A stretch of 64,000 nt of DNA, taken from positions 8,663-72,662 of the forward strand of contig JBDRGY010000013.1 of assembly GCA_043817315.1 (NCBI GenBank), given 5' to 3'. The DNA is from Patescibacteria group bacterium (lineage in GTDB: Bacteria > Patescibacteriota > Patescibacteriia > JBDRGY01). The notes below the pieces were generated by a model. That model was given only the letters and a program-made list of their open reading frames with translations. It was not told the origin of the DNA and searched no databases. Made by a program: the position numbers and the translations under genes. Positions within the stretch are counted from its first letter, which is position 1; every line of letters starts with the position of its first letter. Of this stretch, positions 37,631 to 47,258 are shown piece by piece.

Positions 37631-38027
37631 CACCGTGATCAGCCAAGTTACGATGCGGATGAGGGCCTGTGGGCACAAAGAGAGACTGCCTAGTCAAGAC
37701 AGAACAGGGGTGCACCAGTCTAAAGACGGCGCAAAAACCCGCACGGCACCGCATGGAGGGCTAGCTGGAGCTCAAGTCACGGTCAGGTGGGCCATGACGA
37801 CGACGGAAAAAAGATGCCTACCTAGAGTCAGGCACGGATGGCACTCTCGGGATTATCCTGTAGAAGTCTGGGGTCCGTCCCAGCATGCAGGGCAAGAACC
37901 TGCTCTACGGGCGACATTCCCGAGCGAGGATGCCTAAAACCGGCATGACTAGCTCGAAAGAGCAAACACGAAGGCGCCGCATCTGTCTATCCCTGTGCAG
38001 GCCTGCACAGGGATATTTTTTTTACTC
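37631..38027 (+). ncRNA. candidate structured RNA, unit 5 (about 390 nt, GC-rich), ending in a strong terminator just upstream of miaB
   Basis: Terminator ccctgtgcaggcctgcacaggg+T8. No SD-associated ORF. I looked for RNase P, tmRNA and SRP hallmarks and did not find them. Confidence 0.3.
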
Positions 38028-38053
38028 AATTTCTATTGTATAATAAACCCACT

Positions 38054-39310
38054 ATGAAATATTTCTTGTTTGTCATCGGTTGTCAGATGAACCTGGCAGA
38101 TGCAGAACGGGCTGCCACTGTTTTGGAAAAGATAGGCCTGCAACCAGCTTCATCAGAAAAAGAAGCTGATTTGATAATGGTCTTGGCTTGTTCGGTGCGC
38201 CAGTCAGCTATTGATCGTATTTATGGAAAGATTAATAAGTGGCAAATGAGAAAAAATCTTACTACCGTACTGTCCGGTTGTGTTACGGCCCAGGATAAAA
38301 AGAAAATGAAAGAAAAATTTGACATACTACTGGACATCAATGACCTTCCTAAATTACCAGGAAAACTTAAAAACTTACCAGCCCATAAACATGCCGACTA
38401 TTTGGAGATCAAACCAAAATACCAATCCAGTTTTCAAGCCTTTGTCCCCATCTCTAACGGTTGTAATAATTACTGCACCTATTGCGTAGTCCCCTACACC
38501 AGGGGCCGGGAATCAAGTCGACCGGTAAAAGAAATCATTTGTGAAATTAAAAACCTAATCAAACGAGGCTATAAGGAAATCACTTTAGTCGGTCAAAATG
38601 TTAATTCCTACGGACAGGACTTGAAACCGAAGGTTAAGTTTGTTGATTTGCTAAAAAAAGTAAACGCCGTGCCCGGCCACTTCTGGATTCGTTTTCTAAC
38701 CAACCACCCTAAAGATATGTCGGATCAACTTATTAAATCGATCCCTCAACTAAAGAAAGTCACTGAATATATTCACCTCCCCTTGCAAGCCGGTGACAAT
38801 GCTGTTTTAAAGAGAATGAACCGGCACTACACCCAAGTGTCCTACTTAAAACTAGTAGCTAAGATCAAAAAGGTTATCCCCGGCGCAGCAATTTCTACGG
38901 ATATAATTGTCGGCTTTCCTGGCGAAACCAAAAAGCAGTTTGCTGAAACCAAAAAAGTAATGACTAAAGTACCCTACAGCATGGCTTATCTGGCTCAATA
39001 TTCAGAACGCCCGGGAACCGCTGCTGCCAAATTAAAAGACGACGTGCCCAAAAAGGAAAAGGAAAGACGCCAAGTAGCTTTAAACGAAATTCTTAAGAAA
39101 TCCTCTTCAGCTAACAACCAAAAAATGGCAGGGCAGACCGAAGAAGTTTTGGTTGATGGTCATCGGAAGAATTATTACTACGGACGTACCAGGAACTTTA
39201 AAATCGTTAAGTTTAAATCCACCAAGAACTTAATCGGAAAATTTGTTAAGATAAAGATAGTTAAGGCTAATATCTGGTATTTAGAAGGAAAATATGAGGC
39301 AAAAAACTAA
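38054..39310 (+). CDS. miaB: tRNA-i6A37 methylthiotransferase (MiaB family radical SAM)
   Basis: MTTase N-domain FVIGCQMN, radical SAM CNNYCTYCVVPYTRG, and a TRAM C-terminus. The start is chosen at ATG 38054 rather than the TTG at 38036. Confidence 0.8.
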   Translation: MKYFLFVIGCQMNLADAERAATVLEKIGLQPASSEKEADLIMVLACSVRQSAIDRIYGKINKWQMRKNLTTVLSGCVTAQDKKKMKEKFDILLDINDLPKLPGKLKNLPAHKHADYLEIKPKYQSSFQAFVPISNGCNNYCTYCVVPYTRGRESSRPVKEIICEIKNLIKRGYKEITLVGQNVNSYGQDLKPKVKFVDLLKKVNAVPGHFWIRFLTNHPKDMSDQLIKSIPQLKKVTEYIHLPLQAGDNAVLKRMNRHYTQVSYLKLVAKIKKVIPGAAISTDIIVGFPGETKKQFAETKKVMTKVPYSMAYLAQYSERPGTAAAKLKDDVPKKEKERRQVALNEILKKSSSANNQKMAGQTEEVLVDGHRKNYYYGRTRNFKIVKFKSTKNLIGKFVKIKIVKANIWYLEGKYEAKN

Positions 39311-39457
39311 AGCGGAAATTCGGGAGGATAAACGCCTGAAAGAAAGGCGCCAGATGAAGGGCGGGACTCTGGCCGGTCAAAAAGTTAGAATCCAAACCGC
39401 CAAAGGTTATTCCGGAAAAAAGCACAAAGATATTAAGATTAGAATTAATGCCAAGTA
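39294..39457 (+). CDS. possible small basic protein (about 54 aa) in the miaB-miaA junction
   Basis: MRQKTKAEIREDKRLKERRQMKGGTLAGQKVRIQTAKGYSGKKHKDIKIRINAK. It overlaps the miaB stop and the miaA start in a different frame. No family recognised. Confidence 0.2.
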
Positions 39458-40362
39458 AGCCTAAAGTAATTGTGGTCCTGGGCACCAACGCCTCCGGGAA
39501 AACCAGTCTGGGGGTTGAGCTGGCCAAGAAAGTAAACGGTGCCATCATCTCTGCTGATTCCCGGCAGGTTTTTTTAGGCATGGATTTGGGTACCGGCAAA
39601 GAGGGTAAAAAAGCGAAACGCCACGGTCGGCCGGTTAGAATCATAAAGGGTATTCCTCAATACTTGGTGGATATTAAAAAACCGACTCAATCCTACTCAG
39701 TTGCCCTCTGGCAAAAAGAAGCTGCTAAACTGGTTGAAGAAATCTGGGATTCAGGAAAAATCCCTATGGTGGTCGGCGGCACTGGATTATATATTGATGC
39801 TTTGTTAAAAGGGTTCCAGTTGCCTAAAACTTCAAATACCTTGCGTCAAAAACTGGCCCGGCAGTCTTTAGGGCAGTTATTAAACCGCCTCCAGAAACTC
39901 GACCCCAAAACCTTTAAGAAAATTGACCAGAAGAATAAGCGTCGTATCATCCGCGCTTTAGAGGTTTGTATCCTGACAAAGCAGCCATTTTCCGCTCAAC
40001 AAAAACAGCAAAAGCCCGACTGGGATATCTTGAAAATTGGAGTTACCCACCCCAGAGACATTCTCTATCAACGAATTGACCAACGAGTTGATCGTCGCCT
40101 TAAACAAGGTATGATTTCCGAAGTTAGGAAATTAAGAAAGCAGGGGCTGTCATGGAAAAAGTTAAACGACTTTGGCTTGGAATATCGCTTTATGGCCAAA
40201 TACTTAAAAGGTGAATTGGGAAAAGAAGAAATGATTCAACAATTAAAATTCGCCATTCACCATTTTGCCAAGAGACAACAGACTTGGTTCAAAAAAGATA
40301 AACAAATTCATTGGATTACTACAAAAAAACAAGCGGAATCGCTTGTTAAAAAATTCTTATAG
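39448..40362 (+). CDS. miaA: tRNA dimethylallyltransferase
   Basis: P-loop VIVVLGTNASGKTSLGVELAK and ...ISADSRQVF..., the canonical MiaA N-terminus. Confidence 0.85.
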   Translation: MPSKPKVIVVLGTNASGKTSLGVELAKKVNGAIISADSRQVFLGMDLGTGKEGKKAKRHGRPVRIIKGIPQYLVDIKKPTQSYSVALWQKEAAKLVEEIWDSGKIPMVVGGTGLYIDALLKGFQLPKTSNTLRQKLARQSLGQLLNRLQKLDPKTFKKIDQKNKRRIIRALEVCILTKQPFSAQQKQQKPDWDILKIGVTHPRDILYQRIDQRVDRRLKQGMISEVRKLRKQGLSWKKLNDFGLEYRFMAKYLKGELGKEEMIQQLKFAIHHFAKRQQTWFKKDKQIHWITTKKQAESLVKKFL

Positions 40363-40444
40363 AACCATTGCGAACCCCGACTTGATCGGGATGTGGCAAT
40401 CCCGTTACTAAACGAGACTGCCACGCTACGCTCGCAGTGGTTCT

Positions 40445-41962
40445 TTATTTTAACTGATGCAATAACTCATTGTGCAAAGCAGCCGGGTCCGCTTTGCCCT
40501 TAGACTCTTTCAAGGCCTGTCCCATCAAAAACTGCAAAGCTTTGGCTTTTCCGGCCTTATAGTCTTCGGCAGCTTCCGGGTTGTTCTTAATAACTTCTTC
40601 AGCAATTCTTTCTATCTCTTTTGTAGAAACCTGACCCAAATCCTGATCCTCCATAATCTGAGAAGGATCCCCACCGGTTTTAACCATAATTTCTAATACT
40701 TGATTGGCGGTTTTAGTATTTAATTTCTTTTGGAATAAAAGTTTAATGAACTCGGCAAAGTTTTCCGAGGACACTTTGGTTTTAGCAAACGATTGGTCGT
40801 TCTTGAAAAGCAGGAACGGCAGTTTATTGATTATCCAGTTAGCTACCAACTTAGTCAATTCTTTTCTCTGCTTGACCCAAAGTACTTTGCCATCCTTTCC
40901 CTTTTCAGCTACTAACCAGGCTTTCAGCTCTGATACGGTCTGTTCGGTATATTTAGCAATGTGAAAATTGCTCGTTAAAATTGCTACTTCCTCCTCGGGT
41001 AATTGATATTCAGATTCAAATCGTTCTCTTTTGTCTTGGGGTAATTCCGGCATAGCGATTTTAATTCGTTCCAGGTATTCCGGGTCAAAATAAAGTGGCG
41101 GTAAATCTGGCTCAGGGAAATAGCGGTAATCCTGTTCTTTTTCCTTTTCCCGCATCACAAAAGTCTCATTTTTATCATCATTCCAGCCCCTGGTAGAATA
41201 CGATTCTGGGGGTGTTTTAGCTTCCCAAAGTTGTTTCTGCCTTTGCACTTCAAAATTAAGAGCTTTTTCTAAGGACCTGAAAGAATTGAGGTTTTTAATC
41301 TCGGTCTTAGGAAATAATTTCTTCTCTTTAAGCGGTCTCAAAGAAATATTGGCATCGACTCGCAACTGCCCCCTTTCCATATTGGCTTCAGAAATGTCTA
41401 AAAAGCGGGTCATGGTCCGTAATTCCTGCATAAACATTCTGGCCTCTTGAGAGGATCGCATGTCCGGTTCGGTGACTATTTCTAAAAGTGGGGTACCGGC
41501 TCGATTGAAATCAACCAGAGAGAATTCCCCGCTTTCTTCATCGTGCACCAGCTTGGCTGCATCCTCTTCCAGATGAACTCTGGTAATACCCACCCTTTTT
41601 CTTCTATTATTAACTACGATATCCAGATGCCCTTTTTGCCCTATAGGCATGTCGTACTGGGAAATCTGATAACCTTTGGGTAAATCAGGATAAAAATAAT
41701 TTTTTCGGTCAAACTTGGTAAACTCCGGCAAGTGATTATTAAGGGCCATGGCTGCCATCACTCCCCAATCAATGGCCTGTTGGTTAACTACCGGCAAAGT
41801 TCCCGGGTGGCCCATACAGACCGGGCAGACTGTGGAATTAGCTGGTTTATCTTCCCCGGCATTATCACAACGACAAAACATCTTGGATTTGGTTTTTAAC
41901 TGTACATGAATTTCTAATCCAATTATTATTTCGTATTCAGTTTTTTTGTCAGCTTTTGCCAA
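40445..41962 (-). CDS. gatB: Asp/Glu-tRNA amidotransferase subunit B
   Basis: YEIIIGLEIHVQL..., CPVCMGHPGTLPV, and a GatB/YqeY C-domain. Confidence 0.9.
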   Translation of the reverse strand: MAKADKKTEYEIIIGLEIHVQLKTKSKMFCRCDNAGEDKPANSTVCPVCMGHPGTLPVVNQQAIDWGVMAAMALNNHLPEFTKFDRKNYFYPDLPKGYQISQYDMPIGQKGHLDIVVNNRRKRVGITRVHLEEDAAKLVHDEESGEFSLVDFNRAGTPLLEIVTEPDMRSSQEARMFMQELRTMTRFLDISEANMERGQLRVDANISLRPLKEKKLFPKTEIKNLNSFRSLEKALNFEVQRQKQLWEAKTPPESYSTRGWNDDKNETFVMREKEKEQDYRYFPEPDLPPLYFDPEYLERIKIAMPELPQDKRERFESEYQLPEEEVAILTSNFHIAKYTEQTVSELKAWLVAEKGKDGKVLWVKQRKELTKLVANWIINKLPFLLFKNDQSFAKTKVSSENFAEFIKLLFQKKLNTKTANQVLEIMVKTGGDPSQIMEDQDLGQVSTKEIERIAEEVIKNNPEAAEDYKAGKAKALQFLMGQALKESKGKADPAALHNELLHQLK

Positions 41963-42486
41963 TGTTTTTTATAATAATCAAATCTTTTATCTAATTCTGC
42001 CTTGGCTGTCGCTTTGATATTGAACTTAGCCAATAATCCGTCCAACTGTTTTTTTAGTTGCTCAAATACTTTTTGCTTGGCAGATTTATTACTAATTCTT
42101 TCTAACTCTATCATTAATCCGTTGCCCACGGTGTTGTCCAGATATACTTTGGTGCCTCTCCATAAATAGGCAATTCTTTTACGAAACCAGCGCATTTTAA
42201 CCGGATGACCCATCTGAATTAAAACCTGTTCTAGCTTCTTGAAATCAAGCTTTTTAAACGGCAATTCAATTTCTTCTCTTTGGCTCTGATGGATGTTGCC
42301 TTTCTTGAATATTAAAAAAGAACTTTTATCTGTTTGTCGCAAACGCAAGTCCCCTTGGTTGGATTGATAGTAAACCGTGGTTTCCGACCAACTTCCTAAT
42401 CTCTTAGCCTCCTTCTGGAAAAACCTGTTTAACTTAGCAAACTGGCCTTTGGTCAAAAAACTGCGCACCTCAACTTCAATCTTCAT
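41926..42486 (-). CDS. CYTH domain protein (triphosphate tunnel metalloenzyme / class IV adenylate cyclase-like)
   Basis: MKIEVEVRSF start with alternating basic/acidic beta-strand pattern, 186 aa. Confidence 0.55.
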   Translation of the reverse strand: MKIEVEVRSFLTKGQFAKLNRFFQKEAKRLGSWSETTVYYQSNQGDLRLRQTDKSSFLIFKKGNIHQSQREEIELPFKKLDFKKLEQVLIQMGHPVKMRWFRKRIAYLWRGTKVYLDNTVGNGLMIELERISNKSAKQKVFEQLKKQLDGLLAKFNIKATAKAELDKRFDYYKKHWQKLTKKLNTK

Positions 42487-42549
42487 ATCTCTATTTTAGC
42501 ACATTTTGGAGAAAAAATAAAGGGCTCGATAGGATCCGAGCCCTTGGAG

Positions 42550-43227
42550 TCAAAGAACGTCGATACCGGCGTCCCACTGTCTCTTGACGAAATCTTCCAA
42601 ACACAGCGGCACATAATCCACTTCTGGTTCATCCTCGGCTGGTCCACCCTCTCCGGTCTGGACCCTAAACCGGTGATCGTCAGGCGGAGCTGGCTTACCA
42701 TCAATTAGTCTCATCGATCTAGTGGCTCGGCGTCCGCAATCAATGCAAGTAGCCTTGATCTTGTAGATTCTGGCCTCAGGCAGCATGGCCACGGCCGCTG
42801 ATGCCGGGAACGGCTGCCCCAGATGATCAGTGTCCAGGGCGCAGAAAACGATGTACTTGCCATAGCGATGATACAGGTTGAGAATCACCCTGGCGATGTC
42901 CGGGTCGAAGAACTGACCCTCATCAATAACGATGACATCGGCCGCTAGTACATCCTCGTCAGTTAGCATCACGCTGGGGTTCTTGGCATCGATGATCTGA
43001 GCTGGAAACTCCGGTAGTTCATGACCGCCGTGAGACTTGGGCCTAGTCGGATCTTCATCTCTAGTGTCTCTGGATGGCTTAATGAAAATCCCCGTCACCT
43101 CCGCACCGTGCTCAATCGCCCGCAGAACCGCCCTCAATTTCCCGAAAGCCTTTTCCTCTGTCTTGCCGGCCCACATTGGGCCTATGTAAACCCTGATCGT
43201 CCGATCCCAACCATGACTGTTAGCCAT
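42550..43227 (-). CDS. tdk: thymidine kinase (GC-rich, likely acquired)
   Basis: P-loop GPMWAGKTEE, VIDEGQFF, and C-terminal Zn ribbon CIDCG. About 58 percent GC against an AT-rich genome. Confidence 0.8.
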   Translation of the reverse strand: MANSHGWDRTIRVYIGPMWAGKTEEKAFGKLRAVLRAIEHGAEVTGIFIKPSRDTRDEDPTRPKSHGGHELPEFPAQIIDAKNPSVMLTDEDVLAADVIVIDEGQFFDPDIARVILNLYHRYGKYIVFCALDTDHLGQPFPASAAVAMLPEARIYKIKATCIDCGRRATRSMRLIDGKPAPPDDHRFRVQTGEGGPAEDEPEVDYVPLCLEDFVKRQWDAGIDVL

Positions 43228-43355
43228 TTTTACTCCCTCCTTGTGGATAGTAAAAGGTACAATGCTTTATAACATCTTATATCAAGCTAAAAACCTCGTC
43301 AAATAAAAAAACCGGCGCCTGGCCAGTGCCGGATAATAACCTACATATTAAGCAA

Positions 43356-44093
43356 TTACCTGTTATCTAAGAAATCTTTCCAACAGGTAATGGCTTGATT
43401 GACCCCATGTTCAATATCTTTAGAGGCATCAACATAAACTACCTTAGATCCTTCTTTTTCGAATATCTTTTTAAACCACTGCGAATTGAAATGACGAGCC
43501 GCTTTCTTGAGGAATGGCAGATTTTCAAAGATAGAATCGTCTTTTTTGGCCATTCTGTTGTCCAACCGTTTCATCACCATATGGGGCGGTAATTTGGTTA
43601 TGATCAATAAATCGGGCCGATATTTTAGAGCCAGTTTATTGCCTTCGTAGCCTAATATTTCGGGTAAATATATCGGTTCGGCTTGCAACGGTTGATAAGC
43701 AATGGAAGTGGTCACTCCCCTTTCCTGAAAGACGAATAAACCGCGTTCTAAGGCCGGGACAATAACCCTTTGATAAAGGAGATAGCGGTCTAAGGCATAA
43801 GCTTGGGCCGTAGCGTGGGCTGAGTATTCTCTTTTGTTGTCTTTAACCAATTCATCCCGAATGGCTCGGCCAATTAAGGAAAAAGTCGGTTCTGCAGATA
43901 AAACTACATCGTACCCTTTAAGTTCCGAGGGCTTGGGCAAGCTATGATGCTTTTGACCATACTGTCGTAGGTCAAGAACCTTCAATTTCATCTTCTTGGC
44001 CCATTTACCAAAATGATAAACAATGGTTCCTTTTCCCGAACCATCTAGTCCATCGACAATCACTAAGGCTCCTTTTTTGGCTTTCTTTTTCAT
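43356..44093 (-). CDS. thymidylate (dTMP) kinase family protein
   Basis: P-loop VDGLDGSGKGT and ERGVTTSIAYQ, which fits the DRY/xxSxxAYQ-like motif. Confidence 0.55.
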   Translation of the reverse strand: MKKKAKKGALVIVDGLDGSGKGTIVYHFGKWAKKMKLKVLDLRQYGQKHHSLPKPSELKGYDVVLSAEPTFSLIGRAIRDELVKDNKREYSAHATAQAYALDRYLLYQRVIVPALERGLFVFQERGVTTSIAYQPLQAEPIYLPEILGYEGNKLALKYRPDLLIITKLPPHMVMKRLDNRMAKKDDSIFENLPFLKKAARHFNSQWFKKIFEKEGSKVVYVDASKDIEHGVNQAITCWKDFLDNR

Positions 44094-44094
44094 A

Positions 44095-45489
44095 TCAATA
44101 GTCTGATTGATCCAAATCAGCTTGCAAATATTTTGTTACTAACGGGGTTTTCTCCTTAACTATTTGGTACATTTTCTGGGCAAACCGGCGATAGCTGAAG
44201 TTGCCGGTCTTACCGGTTCTTAATTTGACCACATGGTAAAGCTCCCGCAAATTCATCTGCCACAAGAATCTTCTCTTGTGGGCATTGAGGACAAAATACT
44301 GGGCTTCTTCAGGGAACTGGTTTTTCAGCCTGTTGAAGCCTTCCTCTGATCTCTGGAGGCTTTCCGCAAATTGTTTTTCCAGATGAGCATCAGTTATCAT
44401 CTGGGGCATGGTCGATCGATGTTCGATAGTCAAAGGCTGGGCAGTCAGGGTACAGAGACGATGTCGTTTCAAGTCATAATAGGCTCCTTGATCCCAGAGA
44501 CAATCAAAAACATAATTAACGTATTCCAGTTCGCGGACCGGATTGTCAAATCTTCCCAGTCGGTTCAGGGCCTGATCAATTACTCCCTCTTTTTCCTCGG
44601 GACTCATATTCCTGACTTTTCCCAGAATCTCGGCATAAGACTGGGTAGCCTTTTTATAAAGCAAGGCGGTTACCAACCTATCATCAACGTCCCGGTCATA
44701 CTGCACCAAAGTAATTCCATCTTCATCTAGCGAGGTCTCCGGTATCATCTCCTTGGATAATTTAGATAGGGCTTTATGGGTATCTACCAAATAGTCACTA
44801 CGGTCGGCGTATTTAACCAAGGTGGGAACTACGCGCTTTACTTCCTCCTTTATTTTGGCACCTATCTCCTGCACCTCGGTCAGGGGATCTGACAGCCACT
44901 TCTTGATGGCGTATTCCAGATTGCGGGCATTGACCGACATTCCCACATTAGCCAGGGCAGCTACGGGCATGGTAAAGCGGATGGAATCTAAAGCCCTACA
45001 TTTTATCCTGACTTCGTAAGCCTTATCGGATTCTTCCTTGTCAGGATGTATCTTCTCTCTTAAGAAGGCATGGGCTCTCTTTTGCAAATCCAAATAATTA
45101 CGCATTAAAAAACGCATGGTATCCAGGTAATAATCCTTAAATTCTGATTCCTCTATTTTCTTCGGTAAATGGAAGGCATTATCATCAAAAACCTGATATC
45201 TTGAGGACTTTTCCGTATAAGAAGCCAGACGATTACTCTGAATCGATTCGATAGCTAATCGGGACACATTTTCAATGGCAATATTGAGATAAGCATGCTC
45301 AGCTACTGAAGAATGGCCGTAGCCTACCACCCATTTTTCATGAAATTCAGCCGATTTTTCTTCGGATAATTCTTGGGCGATTTCATAGAAGCTTTTCGGC
45401 GAACGGGAAGATTTAGCAAAGGTAACAGCCACCACTTCCGGTTTTAAGCCGGCTAAGGTGTAGATTTTCCTCTTGGGAAGCTCGTCCAT
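44095..45489 (-). CDS. thyX: FAD-dependent thymidylate synthase ThyX family, long double-domain form
   Basis: GHSSVAEHAYLNIAIENVSRLAIESIQSNRLASYTEKSSRY in the first half, and RHR...AQYFVLNAHKRRFLWQMNLRELYHVVKLRTG in the second half. These match the ThyX blocks. Confidence 0.55.
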   Translation of the reverse strand: MDELPKRKIYTLAGLKPEVVAVTFAKSSRSPKSFYEIAQELSEEKSAEFHEKWVVGYGHSSVAEHAYLNIAIENVSRLAIESIQSNRLASYTEKSSRYQVFDDNAFHLPKKIEESEFKDYYLDTMRFLMRNYLDLQKRAHAFLREKIHPDKEESDKAYEVRIKCRALDSIRFTMPVAALANVGMSVNARNLEYAIKKWLSDPLTEVQEIGAKIKEEVKRVVPTLVKYADRSDYLVDTHKALSKLSKEMIPETSLDEDGITLVQYDRDVDDRLVTALLYKKATQSYAEILGKVRNMSPEEKEGVIDQALNRLGRFDNPVRELEYVNYVFDCLWDQGAYYDLKRHRLCTLTAQPLTIEHRSTMPQMITDAHLEKQFAESLQRSEEGFNRLKNQFPEEAQYFVLNAHKRRFLWQMNLRELYHVVKLRTGKTGNFSYRRFAQKMYQIVKEKTPLVTKYLQADLDQSDY

Positions 45490-46041
45490 TTATTTACCAA
45501 TCCGCTCAATAATTTTATCGACTTGTTTGTATAATTCCTGGTAGCCTCCAGAGTTATCGATCTGGAAGTCAGACATGGCAATACACTTGCTTAGATTCTG
45601 TTTGTTGGGATCATCAGAAGTCATTTCTTTAGCCTCTTGTTCTACAAACTTCTTCCAACTGACATGATCGCTTTCATTTTCTCTTTTTTTGATTCTGTCG
45701 TATCTGGTTCTCTGATCAGCATCAACTGCGATTAAGTAAAATTTGTCTTTTTGCTTTAAAGCTTCTGCTTCGCCCGGTGTCCTGATACTTTCAAGGATAC
45801 AATCCTGTCCCTGCTGCCTGGCCAGTTCATAAAGTTGTTCAGCGATGTAGCTGGGAGAATTTTGGGCCCGCAGCTGATTAGCCAACTCCCTCATGTTATC
45901 CCGATCCAGCGGCATCTTCCTTTTCTTCAATTCTGCTATTAAGAACTCCCGGACCGAATAGTGAGAGAATCCTCTCTTTTTAAAATAATCAACCACTGAA
46001 TTCTTACCGGCTCCCAAAGTGCCTGTGATTCCGATGATCAT
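45490..46041 (-). CDS. P-loop nucleoside/nucleotide kinase (dNMP kinase or CoaE-like)
   Basis: MIIGITGTLGAGKNS Walker A, 183 aa, sitting inside the dTTP-synthesis cluster. Confidence 0.4.
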   Translation of the reverse strand: MIIGITGTLGAGKNSVVDYFKKRGFSHYSVREFLIAELKKRKMPLDRDNMRELANQLRAQNSPSYIAEQLYELARQQGQDCILESIRTPGEAEALKQKDKFYLIAVDADQRTRYDRIKKRENESDHVSWKKFVEQEAKEMTSDDPNKQNLSKCIAMSDFQIDNSGGYQELYKQVDKIIERIGK

Positions 46042-46042
46042 T

Positions 46043-46552
46043 CTATTTCTTTGCTTTCTCAGATTTATATTGACGATACTTAACTCCGGCCAAATCCAGC
46101 ATTTTTCGAGAAGCTATCCAGGAATCTTCGTCATGGTATTTATCACTCTCATACACAATTTCTTTAACTCCGTTCTGAATAATTGTCTTAGCACATTCAT
46201 TACAAGGAAAAAGGGTGCAATAAAGAATACAGTCTTTAGTTCTGGCGTTGGCGTTATAAATAGCATTTTCTTCGGCATGAACAATGTAGGCATATTTACT
46301 TTCACAAAATCCCCCATCTCTTTTCCAGGGCAAATCTTCGTTGGCTACCCCCCTGGGAAAACCGTTGTAGCCCAAACCAACCACAACGTTATTGGCATCA
46401 ACCAGTACTGCCCCCGCCTGGGTGTTGGGATCTTTGGAGCGATCAGAAATTACATGAGCCATTCTCATAAAACATTCATCCCAAGAAATGTAATTATTTC
46501 TTTGTGCCGATTGCCTTTTTCTCTTGGTTTTTAACCCACTTTTTTTAGCCAT
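46043..46552 (-). CDS. dCMP deaminase
   Basis: HAEENAI and CTLFPCNECAK are the zinc-binding CDA motifs. Confidence 0.8.
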   Translation of the reverse strand: MAKKSGLKTKRKRQSAQRNNYISWDECFMRMAHVISDRSKDPNTQAGAVLVDANNVVVGLGYNGFPRGVANEDLPWKRDGGFCESKYAYIVHAEENAIYNANARTKDCILYCTLFPCNECAKTIIQNGVKEIVYESDKYHDEDSWIASRKMLDLAGVKYRQYKSEKAKK

Positions 46553-46574
46553 AAAATTTCAAAATTAAAGCTAA

Positions 46575-47258
46575 TTAAATTTGGATTTTAATACCGGGAC
46601 CCATTGAAGAACAGATGGTGGCTCCTCTAAAGAAGACACCTTTGGTCTCATCCGGTTTGGCCTTCTTGATAGCGTCCAAAAATGCCCCTAGATTGGCCAA
46701 TAATTTATCATCGTCAAAGGAAATCTTACCTATCATCTGATGGACATTGGAAAAATCATCATTACGAAAATTAACCTTACCCGCATTTAGTTCTTTGATG
46801 GTCTGGGCCGGATCAGGTGTTATGGTTTCGTTTCTGGGATTAGGCATCAGGCCTTTCTGCCCTAGGGTTTTTGCAATAGGAGCGATTTTTTTCATCATAT
46901 CCGGAGTAGCCAAGGCCACTTCGAAATCACATTTCTTTTTGGTTTTTATTTGATTGATCAACTCGTCACCGCCGACAATTTGGGCACCAGCTTCCTTGGC
47001 TTGATCAGCCTGTTTGCCTTCAGCAAAAACAGCAATCTTTTTGGACTTGCCCATGCCATGTGGCAAAACAAAAGAACCTCGCACAATCTGCGAAGCATGT
47101 TTGGGGTCAATGCCCAGCTTGAGGTGAACCTCAATAGATGAGTCAAATTTCTCTTGAGCAACCTCTTTGACCAATTTAATGGCCTCTTCTTTAGAATAGA
47201 CTTTTTCTTTGTCAATCTTGGCGCTTGAAGAGCGAAAACGCTTTCCATGTTTTGGCAT
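46575..47258 (-). CDS. rplA: 50S ribosomal protein L1
   Basis: MPKHGKRFRSS...KKIAVFAEGKQADQAKEAGAQIVGGDELI. Start set at the internal Met preceded by AAGGAGG. Confidence 0.9.
   Translation of the reverse strand: MPKHGKRFRSSSAKIDKEKVYSKEEAIKLVKEVAQEKFDSSIEVHLKLGIDPKHASQIVRGSFVLPHGMGKSKKIAVFAEGKQADQAKEAGAQIVGGDELINQIKTKKKCDFEVALATPDMMKKIAPIAKTLGQKGLMPNPRNETITPDPAQTIKELNAGKVNFRNDDFSNVHQMIGKISFDDDKLLANLGAFLDAIKKAKPDETKGVFFRGATICSSMGPGIKIQI

Noticed and set aside
36956-37937. Alternative-frame and antisense ORFs within and after the 36922-37533 gene (36956-37174, 37234-37428, 37358-37621, 37563-37754, 37581-37937)
   Set aside because: They overlap a gene with signal peptide and SD, or lie in the unit-5 transcript without an SD. 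They are composition-driven.
35892-38027. Identifying the GC-rich transcripts as RNase P RNA, tmRNA, SRP RNA or 6S RNA
   Set aside because: I searched by eye for the P4 GGAAAGUCCGG / ACAGAACCCGGCUUA blocks, for a tRNA-like 3' end with a tag ORF, and for the SRP domain IV motif, and found none. Identity remains open and needs covariance-model search.
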